64,000 nt of DNA from Marsupella aquatica (Eukaryota > Plantae > Marchantiophyta): positions 9,335,340 through 9,399,339 of the forward strand of contig OZ316894.1 in NCBI GenBank assembly GCA_973895155.1, read 5' to 3'. Shown here in pieces: positions 62,001 through 64,000 of the stretch. The translations under genes were made by a program, and so were the position numbers. The number at the start of each line of letters is the position of its first letter. Position 1 is the first letter of the stretch. The notes beneath the pieces are model-generated. The model saw nothing but the letters and a program-made list of their open reading frames with translations, ran no database searches and was not told where the DNA came from.

Positions 62001-64000
62001 TAATATTTCATTTCAGCTTCCCCGATGAGAATTCTTCTGAAAACGTTGTTGGCATCCCCGGTTGGTGGCATTTTCGTTACATTAATACCAACACAATATC
62101 TAGGAGAATTCTGCATCAAAAGTTGCGAGGGAGATATTTGTGCCATTCTGCTTATTTGCGAATGTTTTGGGATTACAAAAGTTTTTGCCAATTCCCATAA
62201 TTTGAAGTGTAGTAAGGCTCAGAGATTAGTAGCCTGCCAAAGTTGTGGATCCTCTTGCATTGGATTTTAGTGGTCATTGACGTCTTGGATTCAACCCCAA
62301 CAGGCAATAATACGCCAATTGCCAGCCACGCAGTCCAAGAACTTCTGCACCAACTTTCAACACTGGCATGGTAACGAGAATTAGGCAGCGACTTTCTTGA
62401 TTCATTGTTATTGCTTTTTTCATGCGTATCTCTTGTTGGTTGCCTTTCAATCTCTGCTTTGACCTGAAATAGAAACTGCCGCGTCCATTTCAGATGAAGA
62501 GCACATAATCGTTGCTAACATATATAGTTCTTACAAGCGGCGGATAACTTCTTCCAGTCGTCATTCTGAGGGATGCTGTGTCGATCGGATGATTGTAGGT
62601 TCTCGTATCTTGACCTGAAGGGTATCGAGCTCGATGGCGCAGCAGTAGACTGTCTCTGCAACTTCCTAGACCAATCCAAAAGGATCACCAGCCTCATTTT
62701 ACAAAATACCGCAATCCACAACGTAAGAATTTGTACGCTCCGTTTCTTTGCGTTTCTTCCTCTGTTCGCATTGTCTTAAAAGTTTCAACTTCGCAGAGTC
62801 TCCAATACTTCTCTGTTTCTTGCAGGATGGGGCCCTGTCTATTGCGGATGCGTTATCGAATGTTTCTCATTGTCTGGAAAAACTGGATCTATCCCTGAAT
62901 GGCTTCAACGAGGATCCAGCTGCGAACCTGTGTGCGCGAGTCATGTCCCTCCAGAGACTTTCCAACTTGAATTTGAGTGGCAACGACCTCGGCCAAAAGG
63001 TGAAATAGTGTACCCCTCTCCCACCACGCCTGCCAAGAAGAGCTGTTGCATGGCCGTTTGGCAGAGAGTTTGCCAATCTTGATGACAGTCCAGTCCAGAA
63101 CACACTGACTTGTGCCATGCAGGAGCGAGAAGTTGAAGTCGTCTTCCGAAGATATAACTGAGGATCATTTCTGTTTAATTCAAGCAGGCAGCTGAGCTAC
63201 TGGCGCATGGTCTTGCCCGACCTGATTGTCGACTCAAAGCGCTGGACATCAGCAAGTGTCACCTTGGCCAATCCAGTGTACTCCTTATTATGCAGAGTCT
63301 CACAGGTATGGCCGGACCTTCTAAAAACAATTGATAGACTCGTCATCCCCCTTCGTATCTTGTGTCTATCGAGCTTCGCTAGTATCTGACAATCTTCACA
63401 CCTTGTTTCAGGACATACTACCCTTCTGGATCTCAACCTCGCTGAAAACATCGTGCCCTTGCAAATCCAATTGCCTCCGCCCGATGATTCAGCCTTGACT
63501 AATCCTCCCGTGGAAATCAGTGATGGGGACGAGGAGAATCCGTCTGTACGAGAATCCTCTCAGATCAGGGTATCCGCCGAGGAATACTGCCGGCTATTAG
63601 AAAGAGAACTAGCCGCCGCAGATGCCTGCGATTCCGGAGCGCTTTCCACTGACGGTCGAGAGGGAGAGCAACGAAGGGAAGAGATGGGGGAGGCAAACCT
63701 GCCTCGTCACAAAGCTGAGTCAAGCTCCCCTAATTCTCGAGATGGAGATCCTGAAGCGATTTTGAGAAGGGATACTGAAGGAACAGAAGCATTGGCACAC
63801 GACCCTGACCATGGTTCCAAATCCGAGGTCAGTGCGAGTTCAGTACAACCTGAAGTTGCTGGTCCACAACAACAAACATCCAAAGCAGATTCATGCGCGG
63901 AAGGAGTACTGAAATCAGAGCCTGACGCTGACGGCAGAATGCCCGTTCTCCCACCTGACCTAACGTGTTGCAACACCGAACCAGAACCAGGGACGAGTTC
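56050..64000 (+). CDS. TSK: TONSOKU/BRUSHY1/MGOUN3 homolog (TPR + LRR replication-repair protein), 3' end beyond the window
   Basis: [43 protein letters not shown]; [12 protein letters not shown]; DAYNNLG; [13 protein letters not shown]; C-terminal LRRs ([45 protein letters not shown]). About 16 GT-AG exons, first exon 56050-56349. Confidence 0.93.

Noticed and set aside
9545-64000. Co-location of HESO1, TSK and a SET-bearing transposon as a chromatin gene cluster
   Set aside because: Nothing in the sequence links them; the host genes are ordinary neighbours separated by unrelated TEs.

Overview
Eukaryotic (non-seed land plant, probably liverwort-like; inferred from gene content, intron style and long GC-rich leaders) genomic DNA. 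It holds four intron-containing host genes: HESO1-type terminal uridylyltransferase (-), a small Sel1-repeat protein (-), PurU formyltetrahydrofolate deformylase (-) and TONSOKU/BRU1 (+, runs off the right edge). They are separated by nested, decayed transposon DNA. The standout is the decayed CACTA/EnSpm (CMC) transposon at 1-7753. Besides a spliced Tnp2 transposase, it carries (i) a SET-domain (lysine methyltransferase-like) exon that can splice in frame to the same transposase-associated Cys/His first exon as the transposase, (ii) a convergent orphan gene, and (iii) four non-coding clusters of GACGT/ACGTC motifs that keep their CpGs while the coding parts show C>T-type decay. Together these suggest a possible transposon-encoded chromatin-writing/anti-silencing module. 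All calls are by eye; no database searches were run.
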